DNA of 64,000 nucleotides, taken from the NCBI GenBank assembly GCA_016936595.1, contig JAFGXO010000050.1:87-64086 (forward strand). The letters are read 5' to 3'. Below the pieces are notes generated by a model. That model was not told the DNA's origin and made no database searches. It saw only the letters and a list, made by a program, of their open reading frames with translations. This stretch comes from Bacteroidales bacterium. GTDB taxonomy: Bacteria; Bacteroidota; Bacteroidia; Bacteroidales; JAFGUD01. Both the position numbers and the translations under genes were made by a program. Shown piece after piece: positions 18,979 through 28,667 of this stretch. Each line of letters begins with the position of its first letter. The stretch's first letter is position 1.

Positions 18979-19839
18979 TTATCGTCTTATTCTTCTTTTT
19001 CGGTCTTTGGTTTTATTATTTTCTTCAAAAATTTTAACCACTTTTTCTTTAAATTCCATTGCTTTTTCACGGGCAGCTTCAGCAAATTTTTCGGAGCTAT
19101 CGGCATAAATAATTTCACGAGAAGAATTAATAATTAGTCCGTAATTTTCGGTAAGACCAAATCTACAAACCTCTTCTAAACTACCTCCCTGAGTTCCAAC
19201 ACCAGGAATAAGTAGAAAATTATTTGGAACTAAATGCCTAATTTGTTGTAATTTATATGCCATAGTTGCACCAACAACAAACATCATATTGTTTTCGGTT
19301 CCCCACCAACTTCCGTACTTAAAAATCTTTTCAAAAATATAATCTTTAGTATCAATTTCCTGAATTAGTTGTAAATCATAAGCAGATGGGTTTGAAGATA
19401 AGCCTAATAAAATAGACCATTTATCTTTATATTCAAGAAATGGCATAACAACGTCTTTGCCTAAAAAAGGATTTAATGTAACAGCATCAAAAGGCATTGT
19501 TTCAAAAAAAGTTTTAGCATACATTTTTGAGGAATTAAAAATATCTCCTCGCTTTGCATCAGCAATAAGAAATTGTTCGGGGTAATTATCTTTAATATAT
19601 TTGGCAACCTTTTCTAAACTATGCCAACCTTTGTGACCTCCAACTTCAAAAAAAGCAGTATTTGGTTTATATGCTATTGCTAAATCGTGAGTTGCATCTA
19701 CTATTTCTTTGCAAAAATCAAAAAGAGGATCATCGTTCATTAACAAATGTTGGGGCATTTTTTCTAAATCCGGATCAAGTCCAATACATAACAATGTTTC
19801 TTTTTTATCAATTTGTGCTTTTATTTCTTGAAAATTCAT
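18979..19839 (-). CDS. pyrF: Orotidine-5'-phosphate decarboxylase
   Basis: LCIGLDPD, AYKPNTAFFE, DAKRGDI, FVVGAT, PGVGTQGG, NSSR. Confidence 0.95.
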   Translation of the reverse strand: MNFQEIKAQIDKKETLLCIGLDPDLEKMPQHLLMNDDPLFDFCKEIVDATHDLAIAYKPNTAFFEVGGHKGWHSLEKVAKYIKDNYPEQFLIADAKRGDIFNSSKMYAKTFFETMPFDAVTLNPFLGKDVVMPFLEYKDKWSILLGLSSNPSAYDLQLIQEIDTKDYIFEKIFKYGSWWGTENNMMFVVGATMAYKLQQIRHLVPNNFLLIPGVGTQGGSLEEVCRFGLTENYGLIINSSREIIYADSSEKFAEAAREKAMEFKEKVVKIFEENNKTKDRKRRIRR

Positions 19840-19947
19840 TTTGTGAATGTTATATTATGTTTTAACGAATTTTTTTATTCGTTGCAAAATTTATTTATGC
19901 GTTTTTTAAAATATCCTTTATCAAAAAACATGACCTTAATTATTATT

Positions 19948-21030
19948 TTAAACACCTGATTCTTTTAATTTTTCAGAATTTTCAGCTATTTGAAGTTTTT
20001 CGATAATTTCCTGAATATCACCATTAAGAACTTCTTGTAAATTATACAAAGTTAAATTAATTCTGTGATCAGTAACCCTTCCCTGCGGATAATTATATGT
20101 TCTAATTTTAGCAGAACGATCACCCGAAGAAACCATCGTTTTACGTTTTGCCGAAGTTTCGGCCATACGTTTTTGATATTCAATATTATACAATCGTGCC
20201 CGCAATTCTCTCATTGCCGATTTTAAGTTTTTAATTTGTGATTTTTCGTCCTGACAAGTAACAACCAAACCCGTGGGTATGTGAGTTAATCTGATAGCAG
20301 AATATGTTGTGTTAACTGATTGTCCACCAGGACCAGAAGAACAGTAAGTGTCTTTTCTGATGTCTTCTTCTCTAACTTCAACATCAAGTTCTTCGGCTTC
20401 GGGCAAAACAGCAACGCTTGCAGCAGAAGTATGAACACGCCCCTGCGATTCGGTTTTGGGAACACGTTGAACACGATGAACACCAGACTCATATTTTAAA
20501 ATACCGTAAACTCCTTCTCCGCTAACGTTAAAAACCATTTCTTTATACCCTCCGGCAGCAGATTCGGTAAAATTTGTAAGTTCAATTTTCCATTTTTTGC
20601 TCTCACAATATTTTGAGTACATTCTAAACAAATCACCTGCAAAAATTCCTGCTTCATCGCCGCCTGTTCCTGCTCTAATTTCAACTATCGCTCCTTTTTC
20701 GTCTTCAGGATCTTGCGGTAAAAGTAATATTTTTATATCAGCCTCAAGTTGCTCTAATTCTTCTTCTAATTCTTCTAATTCCATTTTTGCCATCTGACGC
20801 ATCTCTTCGTCTTTTTCTTGATTCAAAATATCTTTTGAAGTTGTAATATTACTTAAAATTTCTTTGTATTTTTTAAACGAAATAATCAATGGTTCAAGGT
20901 CTCGGTATTCTTTGTTTAATTTTACGTATCTTGTTTGATCTGTAACAGTTTCGGGTAAAGTTAGTTGTTCAGATACTTCATTAAATCTTTTTTCTACACC
21001 TTCTAATTTTTCTAATATAATGTTAGCCAT
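19948..21030 (-). CDS. prfA: Peptide chain release factor 1
   Basis: VQRVPKTES (PxT motif of RF1), GPGGQSVN, RTYNYPQ. Confidence 0.97.
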   Translation of the reverse strand: MANIILEKLEGVEKRFNEVSEQLTLPETVTDQTRYVKLNKEYRDLEPLIISFKKYKEILSNITTSKDILNQEKDEEMRQMAKMELEELEEELEQLEADIKILLLPQDPEDEKGAIVEIRAGTGGDEAGIFAGDLFRMYSKYCESKKWKIELTNFTESAAGGYKEMVFNVSGEGVYGILKYESGVHRVQRVPKTESQGRVHTSAASVAVLPEAEELDVEVREEDIRKDTYCSSGPGGQSVNTTYSAIRLTHIPTGLVVTCQDEKSQIKNLKSAMRELRARLYNIEYQKRMAETSAKRKTMVSSGDRSAKIRTYNYPQGRVTDHRINLTLYNLQEVLNGDIQEIIEKLQIAENSEKLKESGV

Positions 21031-21120
21031 ATTTTTATAATAAGTTTATCTTTTTTATTCGTATAGTGTATTGAGCTTAAACTTTTAAAACAAAAATATT
21101 TGTTTTAAAAGTTTGCAAAT

Positions 21121-22278
21121 TTAGTAATAAAATTCACCAAATTCACTTTTTATTGTTATTTTTTTTTCGGTACTTTCTGTACAATAACCAACTATTTTGG
21201 CTTCAACATTAAATTTATTAGAAATATTTATTATTTCTCTGGCGGTTCTTTTATCTGTGTATATTTCTAAACGGTGTCCCATATTAAAAACTTGATACAT
21301 TTCATCAAAACTCGTATTTGAATTTTGTTGAATTAACTTAAATAAAGGAGGAATACCAAATAAATTATCTTTAACAATATGCAATTTATCAACAAAATTT
21401 AAAACTTTTGTTTGGGCTCCTCCCGAGCAATGTATCATTCCGTCGATATTGTCTTTATGTTTTTCAAAAATTTTAGAAACTATTGGTGCATAAGTGCGTG
21501 TAGGCGAAAGAACAAATTTACCGGCATCAATATTAAAATCATGGATTTTATCGGTTAAGCTAAATTCCCCTGAATAAACGTATTGTTTTTCTATAGAATT
21601 ATCATAAGTTTCGGGGTGTTTTTCGGCTACTGATTTATTAAAAAAATCATGTCGGGCAGATGTAAGCCCGTTACTACCGATACCTGAGTTATATTCATTC
21701 TCATAAGTTGCTTGTCCGAAAGAAGCCAATCCAACAATTACATTTCCGGGCTTAATGTAGTTTTCAATTATTTCATCTCGTCTTAAACGCACAGTTGCAG
21801 TAGCATCAACAATAATTGTACGCACCAAATCGCCCACATCGGCAGTTTCGCCTCCTGTAAGTTCCATATTTACACCAAACTGACGCATTTTTTCAATAAA
21901 CTCGGTAGTACCTTCAATAATAGCAGCAATAACTTCTTGAGGTATAAGTTTTTTGTTGCGGCCAATAGTTGAAGAAATTAAAATATCGGTTGTTGCTCCT
22001 ACACAAATCAAATCATCAAGATTCATAACTAAAGCATCTTGAGCAATGCCTTTCCATACCGATAAATCGCCGGTTTCTTTCCAATAAGCATAAGCCAAAG
22101 ACGATTTTGTGCCTGCACCGTCGGCGTGCATAATGTTGCAGTATTCGTTGTCTCTGCCTAAAATATCGGGTATTACCTTGCAAAATGAATTAGGGTAAAG
22201 TCCTTTATCAATGTTTTTTATGGCGTTATGAACTTCTTTTTTTGTTGAAGAAACCCCTCTTTTTTCGTAACGTTGCAT
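21121..22278 (-). CDS. purM: Phosphoribosylformylglycinamidine cyclo-ligase (AIR synthase), Bacteroidota type
   Basis: HADGAGTKSS, MNLDDL.CVGA, GGETADVGDL, SNGLTSARH, HCSGG, FNMGHR. Lies in purM-prfA-pyrF order. Confidence 0.9.
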   Translation of the reverse strand: MQRYEKRGVSSTKKEVHNAIKNIDKGLYPNSFCKVIPDILGRDNEYCNIMHADGAGTKSSLAYAYWKETGDLSVWKGIAQDALVMNLDDLICVGATTDILISSTIGRNKKLIPQEVIAAIIEGTTEFIEKMRQFGVNMELTGGETADVGDLVRTIIVDATATVRLRRDEIIENYIKPGNVIVGLASFGQATYENEYNSGIGSNGLTSARHDFFNKSVAEKHPETYDNSIEKQYVYSGEFSLTDKIHDFNIDAGKFVLSPTRTYAPIVSKIFEKHKDNIDGMIHCSGGAQTKVLNFVDKLHIVKDNLFGIPPLFKLIQQNSNTSFDEMYQVFNMGHRLEIYTDKRTAREIINISNKFNVEAKIVGYCTESTEKKITIKSEFGEFYY

Positions 22279-22396
22279 AGTAATTTTAAATTTTCCGGTT
22301 TAAATATTTAAGTATGATAAATTAAGAATTGAAATCTGCATTTTTTTTAATAATCAAAAACAAGTAATTTTCAGTTTGTAAATATAAATATTTTTT

Positions 22397-22436
22397 AAAA
22401 AAAACAGTCAGACAAATTTGTCTGACTGTTTTTTTT
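22397..22436 (-). terminator. Intrinsic terminator after the cysteine protease gene
   Basis: aaaaaaaacagtcagacaaa/tttgtctgactgtttttttt perfect inverted repeat. Confidence 0.85.
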
Positions 22437-22442
22437 AAAAAT

Positions 22443-24272
22443 TTATTGTTTGATAAATTTGATTGTTTGAGTAGAATTATCAGCTCTTATCTGTATAGTA
22501 TAAAAACCTTTATGCAGATTTGAAATATCAATCTGTTGATTTGATAGTGATGTATTTGCTCCAACTATACGCCCTGCCACATCATATATCTTGTATTCTA
22601 AATTAGAATTTAGTCCTAAAATTTCAATAAAATCATTAGCAGGATTAGGAAATAATTTTAAATCTAAATTAGTTTCGGGTAACATAGTAGTTGAAACAAG
22701 CTGAAAATCTTGCACCAAACTAACATCAGTTATATCAATAACTGTATCAAGAGGATAATACCCTTGGGCGGAAATATTTACTTGAACATCTGTTTGATTA
22801 TATGTTTGATTTGCAAAAAACACATCACCTTGTTTATCAGATGTTTGAATATCTCCATTTAAAAAAACTGTTGCATTTTGAATTCCATTTAAATTATGAT
22901 TTAAAATATGAAACATTGCACCAATATTAACATTATCTATAGTTTCTTGAGCTAAACCTTTAATGCAAAAATTTCCTGTATTATCAAAGCCCGAAGGATC
23001 ATCATAATAAAAAAAATCGTGCCATAAGCTGTCAAAATAAAAACTTTCACCCTCGTTAGCAGACGATAAAACAATTGTTTTACTTGCTGATTTGGAGAGA
23101 ATTGTATCATTAAGAAGCACCGGAACATCAGATGTTCTGTCGTAAGGTTGACCACCTTGAGATAAATACAAATAAATGTAAAAATCATCACCATCACGAA
23201 GCTGTAATGGAACATCTAAATCAATAGTGTGAAAACCTTTTTTTAGAGAAAAACCGGTTTGCATTATTTGAGCATTGCAAAAAGTATCGGCTTGCATATT
23301 ACTGTATATCTTTATTTTATAATCAACACTATCGGCATTTGTAAAAAAACTCACAGCCGAAAGCCAAACATCTTCGCGAGCATTAAAATAATTACAAGCT
23401 TCGGTAATATCTACTTTAGTATCTCTCCAACCATGATAATCATGATAATATATTTTTGAATATTGCATTGGCTCGACATTAATAAAAGAAACAGCCCCCA
23501 TATCGGGTTCTCTGCACGACCATTTATCGTAATAAGAAATCCAAAAATAGCCATCAAATCCCCAGTAAGTATCCCAACTATTTTTCACAATCCAAGCACC
23601 ATCGGCTGGTGCACCGGGAACTGCATGATTATCGTCCCAACCAACTATAGTAACAGAGTGATTAGGTAAAAGAGTACTTGAAGCCGGCTGATAATGATTA
23701 TATGAACCATCAATAAAACTGTAATCATAACACATACAAGTTGCAATAGCTCCCTGATTCATAATGCGTTGTTTAATTTGAATAATGCCGTTTAAATCAT
23801 CGTCCATAGAAAACCATTCTACATCTCTGGGATAATAATAATGAAAATCATCACTAAAACGAAGTGGAGGTGTAGTATAACTTTGTCCGTCGATGTCTCT
23901 AACAGCACCTTCGCCTCGAGAAAGATAAGCAGTTGAAACTCTGTAATCGCCGCCATTATGCACAGCAAGACCTTGACCACTAACCGGTATAATATCATCA
24001 TTATTATGATCATTATACCCGTTCCACCAATCTAAGTGATATTCAGCCAAATTAGGTTCACCTGTTTCGCCATTATCTGTCCAAACATTTGTCATTAACA
24101 AATTACTTTCAATAGAAGCCATGGTTCCGTGTGTCCAACAAGTACCACCTTGCTGCGATTTTACAGATGTAACCATACTATTGTCCCTTAAGTCAAAAGA
24201 AGTAGGAGGAATTTGAGCATGTAAACTAATGCTTAAAGAAAGAATTAAAAACAAAGTAAGAATTTTTTGCAT
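22443..24272 (-). CDS. Secreted papain-like (C1A) cysteine protease with lectin-like domain and T9SS type A sorting domain
   Basis: Signal peptide from ATG 24272. QGGTCW (Gln, Cys), NHSV (His), KNSW (Asn). [13 protein letters not shown] lectin-like module. C-terminal FPNPA..IYDVAGR..GFY..KFIKQ. Confidence 0.88.
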   Translation of the reverse strand: MQKILTLFLILSLSISLHAQIPPTSFDLRDNSMVTSVKSQQGGTCWTHGTMASIESNLLMTNVWTDNGETGEPNLAEYHLDWWNGYNDHNNDDIIPVSGQGLAVHNGGDYRVSTAYLSRGEGAVRDIDGQSYTTPPLRFSDDFHYYYPRDVEWFSMDDDLNGIIQIKQRIMNQGAIATCMCYDYSFIDGSYNHYQPASSTLLPNHSVTIVGWDDNHAVPGAPADGAWIVKNSWDTYWGFDGYFWISYYDKWSCREPDMGAVSFINVEPMQYSKIYYHDYHGWRDTKVDITEACNYFNAREDVWLSAVSFFTNADSVDYKIKIYSNMQADTFCNAQIMQTGFSLKKGFHTIDLDVPLQLRDGDDFYIYLYLSQGGQPYDRTSDVPVLLNDTILSKSASKTIVLSSANEGESFYFDSLWHDFFYYDDPSGFDNTGNFCIKGLAQETIDNVNIGAMFHILNHNLNGIQNATVFLNGDIQTSDKQGDVFFANQTYNQTDVQVNISAQGYYPLDTVIDITDVSLVQDFQLVSTTMLPETNLDLKLFPNPANDFIEILGLNSNLEYKIYDVAGRIVGANTSLSNQQIDISNLHKGFYTIQIRADNSTQTIKFIKQ

Positions 24273-24394
24273 TTTAAATATTTTAAAGAGTTTTAATAAA
24301 TAGATAACTAAATTGCAAACGGTTGCACAATTTATATTGCTTATAAACAAAATGTAATTAAATTTGTAAATGTAAAAAAAATACATGTACTTCT

Positions 24395-24424
24395 TTTGAA
24401 TGTAAATTCAAATAAATAAATTTG
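24395..24424 (+). promoter_or_regulatory. Bacteroidota promoter of gap (-33 TTTG, -7 TAAATTTG)
   Basis: TTTG at 24395-24398, 18 nt spacer, TAAATTTG at 24417-24424. Confidence 0.6.
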
Positions 24425-24466
24425 CAAAGAATTTAAAAATTTAATTAACAATTAAACTTATATATT

Positions 24467-25462
24467 ATGATTAAAATTGGAATAAACGGTTTTGGACGCA
24501 TTGGACGTGTTGTTTTTAGAATTATGGCTAAAAACCCCAATATGCAAGTTGTAGCAATTAATGATTTATTAGACGTAAACACTCTTGCATATTTTTTAAA
24601 ATACGATACAGTTTTTGGAAAATTTGACGGAGAAATTACTGTTGAAAGCGGAAACTTAGTTGTAAACGGAAAAACAATCAGAGTTACGGCTGAAAGAAAC
24701 CCTGCTGATATTAACTGGGGAGCAAAAGAGGTTGACGTTGTAGTTGAATCTACCGGTTTCTTCTTAACAAAAGAAAAAGCAAATCTACATATTCAAGCAG
24801 GTGCTAAAAAAGTTATTCTTTCGGCTCCGGCAAAAGATGACACAAAAATGTTTGTTTATGGAGTTAATCACAAAGAATTAACAAAAGATTTTGACGTTAT
24901 TTCTAACGCTTCTTGTACAACAAATTGTTTTACCCCTATTTTGAAAGTTTTACATGACAATTACGGCGTTGTAGAAGGTTTAATGACCACTATTCACTCG
25001 GTAACAGGAAACCAAATGAGTGTTGACACAGCCGGAAGCAACCTGCGAAGAGGAAGAGCCGGAGGACACAATATTATTCCTACAACAACGGGAGCTGCAA
25101 AAGCTGCTACTAAAATTATGCCCGAATTAGTTGGTAAAGTTAACGGAATGGCTATGCGTGTTCCTACTTTAGACGGATCAGTTGTTGATTTTACTGTTCG
25201 TTTAGAAAAACAAACTACTTTAGACGACATTAAAGCAAAAGTTAAAGCTGCTTCGGAAGGTGAATTAAAAGGCGTTTTAGAATATACTGAAGAAGCTATT
25301 GTTTCAAGCGACATCGTTGGAAATCCTATTACTTCTATTTTTGACGCATCAGCTTGTATGGAACTTAATGGAAACTTCTTTAAATTAATCAACTGGTATG
25401 ACAACGAATGGGGATACTCTGCACAACTTGTTAAAATGACGGAATACTGGATGGGATTATAA
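24467..25462 (+). CDS. gap: Type I glyceraldehyde-3-phosphate dehydrogenase
   Basis: GINGFGRIGR, ASCTTNC, TTTGAAKA, WYDNEWGYS. Confidence 0.97.
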   Translation: MIKIGINGFGRIGRVVFRIMAKNPNMQVVAINDLLDVNTLAYFLKYDTVFGKFDGEITVESGNLVVNGKTIRVTAERNPADINWGAKEVDVVVESTGFFLTKEKANLHIQAGAKKVILSAPAKDDTKMFVYGVNHKELTKDFDVISNASCTTNCFTPILKVLHDNYGVVEGLMTTIHSVTGNQMSVDTAGSNLRRGRAGGHNIIPTTTGAAKAATKIMPELVGKVNGMAMRVPTLDGSVVDFTVRLEKQTTLDDIKAKVKAASEGELKGVLEYTEEAIVSSDIVGNPITSIFDASACMELNGNFFKLINWYDNEWGYSAQLVKMTEYWMGL

Positions 25463-25490
25463 TTTTAAATGTATAATTTTATTTTACAAC

Positions 25491-25529
25491 AAAAAAATGG
25501 TTAACTAATATTAGTTAACCGTTTTTTTT
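25491..25529. terminator. Bidirectional intrinsic terminator
   Basis: aaaaaaatggttaactaa/ttagttaaccgtttttttt between convergent gap and BCCP genes. Confidence 0.8.
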
Positions 25530-25845
25530 AAATAAGTTCAATCAAAAGAGTATTTTTAGCAACAATTTGATTTGATTTTACATGTATTGTTTTAATTTTT
25601 CCTGAAATTTGAGCTTTCACTCTATTTCTCATTTTCATTGCTTCAAGAATTAGCAAAACTTCGCCTTTTTCTACTTTCTGCCCTTTTTTTACCATAATTT
25701 CTCTTATGGTTCCGGGTATAAAAGCAGTAATTTTGCCCAAATCTTCAGCCTCCCACACAGGTTTTTCTGCAAATTTTCGGCAAATTTTTGTTTTATATGT
25801 TTCTCCGTTTACATAAAGTTCGGAATATTTTTTATCGCAATCCAT
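25528..25845 (-). CDS. Biotin carboxyl carrier protein
   Basis: LEAMKM biotinylation motif in a biotinyl domain. Confidence 0.9.
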   Translation of the reverse strand: MDCDKKYSELYVNGETYKTKICRKFAEKPVWEAEDLGKITAFIPGTIREIMVKKGQKVEKGEVLLILEAMKMRNRVKAQISGKIKTIHVKSNQIVAKNTLLIELI

Positions 25846-25918
25846 ACTTCAGTTTATTAAGTTTATAAAATGTGTAAAGTTTTGATTGTTAGAAAGTTTT
25901 CTACCTAACAACAACCTA

Positions 25919-27463
25919 CTAAAATGGAGGTATTCCATGCTTTCTTTCAGGTTTTGGCTCGTGTTTATTAATAGAAACATCTATTGCGTGAGATAGAAAT
26001 TTACGTGTTTCATTTGGTGCAATAACTGCATCGATATATCCTTTCCCTGCAGCAACATACGGATTAGCAAATTTTTGCTTATACTCTTCAATTTTTTGTT
26101 GACGCATTTTTTCAGGATCGCTTGCTTCGGCAATTTCTTTACGGAAAATTATGTTTGCAGCACCTTCGGGTCCCATAACTGCTATTTCGGCATTTGGCCA
26201 GGCAAAAACAAAATCTGCTCCAAGATGTCTGGAATTCATAGCAATATATCCACCTCCGTACGCTTTTCGTAAAATAACAGTTATTTTTGGAACGGTAGCT
26301 TCACTATATGCATATAGCACTTTTGCTCCATGTCTGATAACTCCTGCATACTCTTGATCGATTCCGGGCAAATATCCGGGCAAGTCAACAAGTGTAATAA
26401 TAGGAATATTAAAAGCATCACAAAAACGAATAAAACGAGCAGCTTTATCGGAAGAATCAACGTCAAGAACACCAGCCAAAACATCGGGCTGATTAGCCAC
26501 AAAACCAACAGTTTCACCGTTTATTCTGCCAAACCCAATCACTAAATTTGCAGCCCAAAGCTCTTGAATTTCCATAAATTCAGAATTATCAGAAACGCCT
26601 CTAATAACATCACGAACATCATAAGGCTCTTTGGAATCTTCGGGAACAATTTTATCCAAATCAAAAAAAGATTTTGGTTCTGCAGGAGTATATGGAAGGG
26701 CTCTGCGTGTATTGTTCCAAGGAATATAGGTAACCAATTCTTTTATTTGGCTAAAACATTCTTGTTCACTTTTTGAAAAGAAATGAGCGTTGCCTGTAAT
26801 TTCTGAATGAATTTTAGCTCCGCCAAGTTCTTCCATCGAAATTTCTTCACCCAAAACAGTTTTAATAACTTGTGGTCCGGTAATAAACATTTTTGAGATG
26901 TTGTCAACAACAAAAACAAAATCGGTTAAAGCAGGTGAGTAAACCGCCCCACCGGCACATGGACCTAATATTACGGATATTTGAGGAATAACTCCCGAAG
27001 CCTTAGTATTTCTGTAAAAAATTTCACCATAACCGGCCAATGAATTAACTCCTTCTTGAACCCTTGCACCACCCGAATCATTTATTCCTATTAATGGAAC
27101 TCGCATTTTTATAGCATGATCCATTATTTTTGTTATTTTTTTTGCATGCATGTATCCTAAAGAACCACCTGCAACTGTAAAATCCTGAGCATAAATACAA
27201 ATTGGTTTACCTGCAATTTTACCGGTTCCGGTTATAACACCATCGCCGGGAAGTTCTTTTTTTTCCATGCCAAAATCTTTAGCATCGTGAGCAATAAACA
27301 AGTCATATTCCTGAAAAGTTCCTTCATCTAACAATGATAAAACTCTTTCACGAGCAGTCATTTTGCCCATTTGTTTTTGTTTTTCAACAGCTTTTTCTCC
27401 GCCGCCTTGTTCCAATTTTTCTCTTTTTTTGAACAAATCTCCTACGGTTCCTTTTAAACCCAT
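25919..27463 (-). CDS. Acyl-CoA carboxylase carboxyltransferase subunit (propionyl-CoA carboxylase beta / methylmalonyl-CoA decarboxylase alpha)
   Basis: TARER, DGVITG, QDFTVAGGS, DSGGARVQEG, GPCAGGAVYSP, RKAYGG, KHGIPP. Confidence 0.92.
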   Translation of the reverse strand: MGLKGTVGDLFKKREKLEQGGGEKAVEKQKQMGKMTARERVLSLLDEGTFQEYDLFIAHDAKDFGMEKKELPGDGVITGTGKIAGKPICIYAQDFTVAGGSLGYMHAKKITKIMDHAIKMRVPLIGINDSGGARVQEGVNSLAGYGEIFYRNTKASGVIPQISVILGPCAGGAVYSPALTDFVFVVDNISKMFITGPQVIKTVLGEEISMEELGGAKIHSEITGNAHFFSKSEQECFSQIKELVTYIPWNNTRRALPYTPAEPKSFFDLDKIVPEDSKEPYDVRDVIRGVSDNSEFMEIQELWAANLVIGFGRINGETVGFVANQPDVLAGVLDVDSSDKAARFIRFCDAFNIPIITLVDLPGYLPGIDQEYAGVIRHGAKVLYAYSEATVPKITVILRKAYGGGYIAMNSRHLGADFVFAWPNAEIAVMGPEGAANIIFRKEIAEASDPEKMRQQKIEEYKQKFANPYVAAGKGYIDAVIAPNETRKFLSHAIDVSINKHEPKPERKHGIPPF

Positions 27464-27486
27464 AGTTTTAGTTTTAAAATTAGCTG

Positions 27487-27494
27487 CAAAGATA
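27487..27494 (-). promoter_or_regulatory. Bacteroidota -7 element (TATCTTTG) of the carboxyltransferase operon
   Basis: caaagata on the + strand, 23 nt upstream of the start. Confidence 0.55.
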
Positions 27495-27714
27495 TATTTA
27501 CATTTTGTAATCTAATATGATTTATATCAACTAAGTTAAGAAAGGTTTGATATTGAGAAAGAAAGAGTTCTGAGGTTGTATCAATTTAAGAATGTTTTAC
27601 CCTAATTAGTTAGTGTTTTTGCAAAAAAACAATAATAACCGATCAAAAAACTCATTTATGTTTTAAGCGAGTTTTTTTTCGTAAAAAAAAGTATTTATCT
27701 TTAAATAAAAATTA

Positions 27715-28644
27715 ATGAGCAAGCTTACTGTAGCAATTCCGGTTTACAATAGTCAAAACACTATAAAAAGAGTAGTTGAAGAACTCATTGAAAATATTAC
27801 AGAATACTTATTAGAAATAGTTATTGTTAATGATGCTTCTGAAGATAATAGCAGACAGGTTTGTTTAGATTTATTCGAAAAATACCCAAAAATCATAAAG
27901 TTTTATTCTTTAGCAAAGAATTTTGGAGAACATAACGCAGTAATGGCTGCCTTGAATAACTCCACAGGCGACTACACAATAATAATTGATGATGATTTTC
28001 AAAACCCCATTTCAGAAATAAAAAAACTGGCAGATTATTCTTTAAACAAAAATTTTGATGTTGTTTATACTAAATACGAGAAGAAAAAACATTCAATTTT
28101 TAGGAATTTGGGAAGTAAATTTAACGATAAAGTTGCTAATTGGCTTTTAAAAAAACCACAAGGTTTATATTTGAGCAGCTTTAAAAGTGTTAGTAAGTTT
28201 ACAGTAAATCAAATAATTAAATACGATTTACCATATCCTTACATTGATGGCTTAATTTTAAGAACAACATCAAATATAGGTCAAATAGTTGTGGAGCATT
28301 CAAAAAGAGAACAAGGAAAATCTCAATATACAATTGTAAAACTAATAGGTTTGTGGTTAAATATGGTTACAAATTTTTCGATAAAACCTTTGAGATTTGC
28401 AACTTTTCTTGGTTTTACCTTTTCAATAGTAAGTTTTTTGCTTGCTGTTGCCGGAATTTTAATAAAATTATTAGATCCATCAGCCCCTCTTGGATATGCT
28501 TCATTATTAGTTTCTGTTGCATTTTTAGGCGGAATTCAATTAACTGCAATAGGAATGATTGGCGAATATATCGGGCGTACATTTTTGTCAATCAGTAAAT
28601 TGCCCCAATTTGTAATTAAAGAAAGGCATGAAAAAAAAGAGTAG
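27715..28644 (+). CDS. Glycosyltransferase family 2, polyprenol-phosphate glycosyltransferase (ArnC/GtrB-like)
   Basis: IPVYN, VNDAS, KNFGEHNA, DDDFQNP, two C-terminal TMs and GEYIGR. Confidence 0.88.
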   Translation: MSKLTVAIPVYNSQNTIKRVVEELIENITEYLLEIVIVNDASEDNSRQVCLDLFEKYPKIIKFYSLAKNFGEHNAVMAALNNSTGDYTIIIDDDFQNPISEIKKLADYSLNKNFDVVYTKYEKKKHSIFRNLGSKFNDKVANWLLKKPQGLYLSSFKSVSKFTVNQIIKYDLPYPYIDGLILRTTSNIGQIVVEHSKREQGKSQYTIVKLIGLWLNMVTNFSIKPLRFATFLGFTFSIVSFLLAVAGILIKLLDPSAPLGYASLLVSVAFLGGIQLTAIGMIGEYIGRTFLSISKLPQFVIKERHEKKE

Positions 28645-28667
28645 TTTTTCAGCAAGGTAAAACGGAG

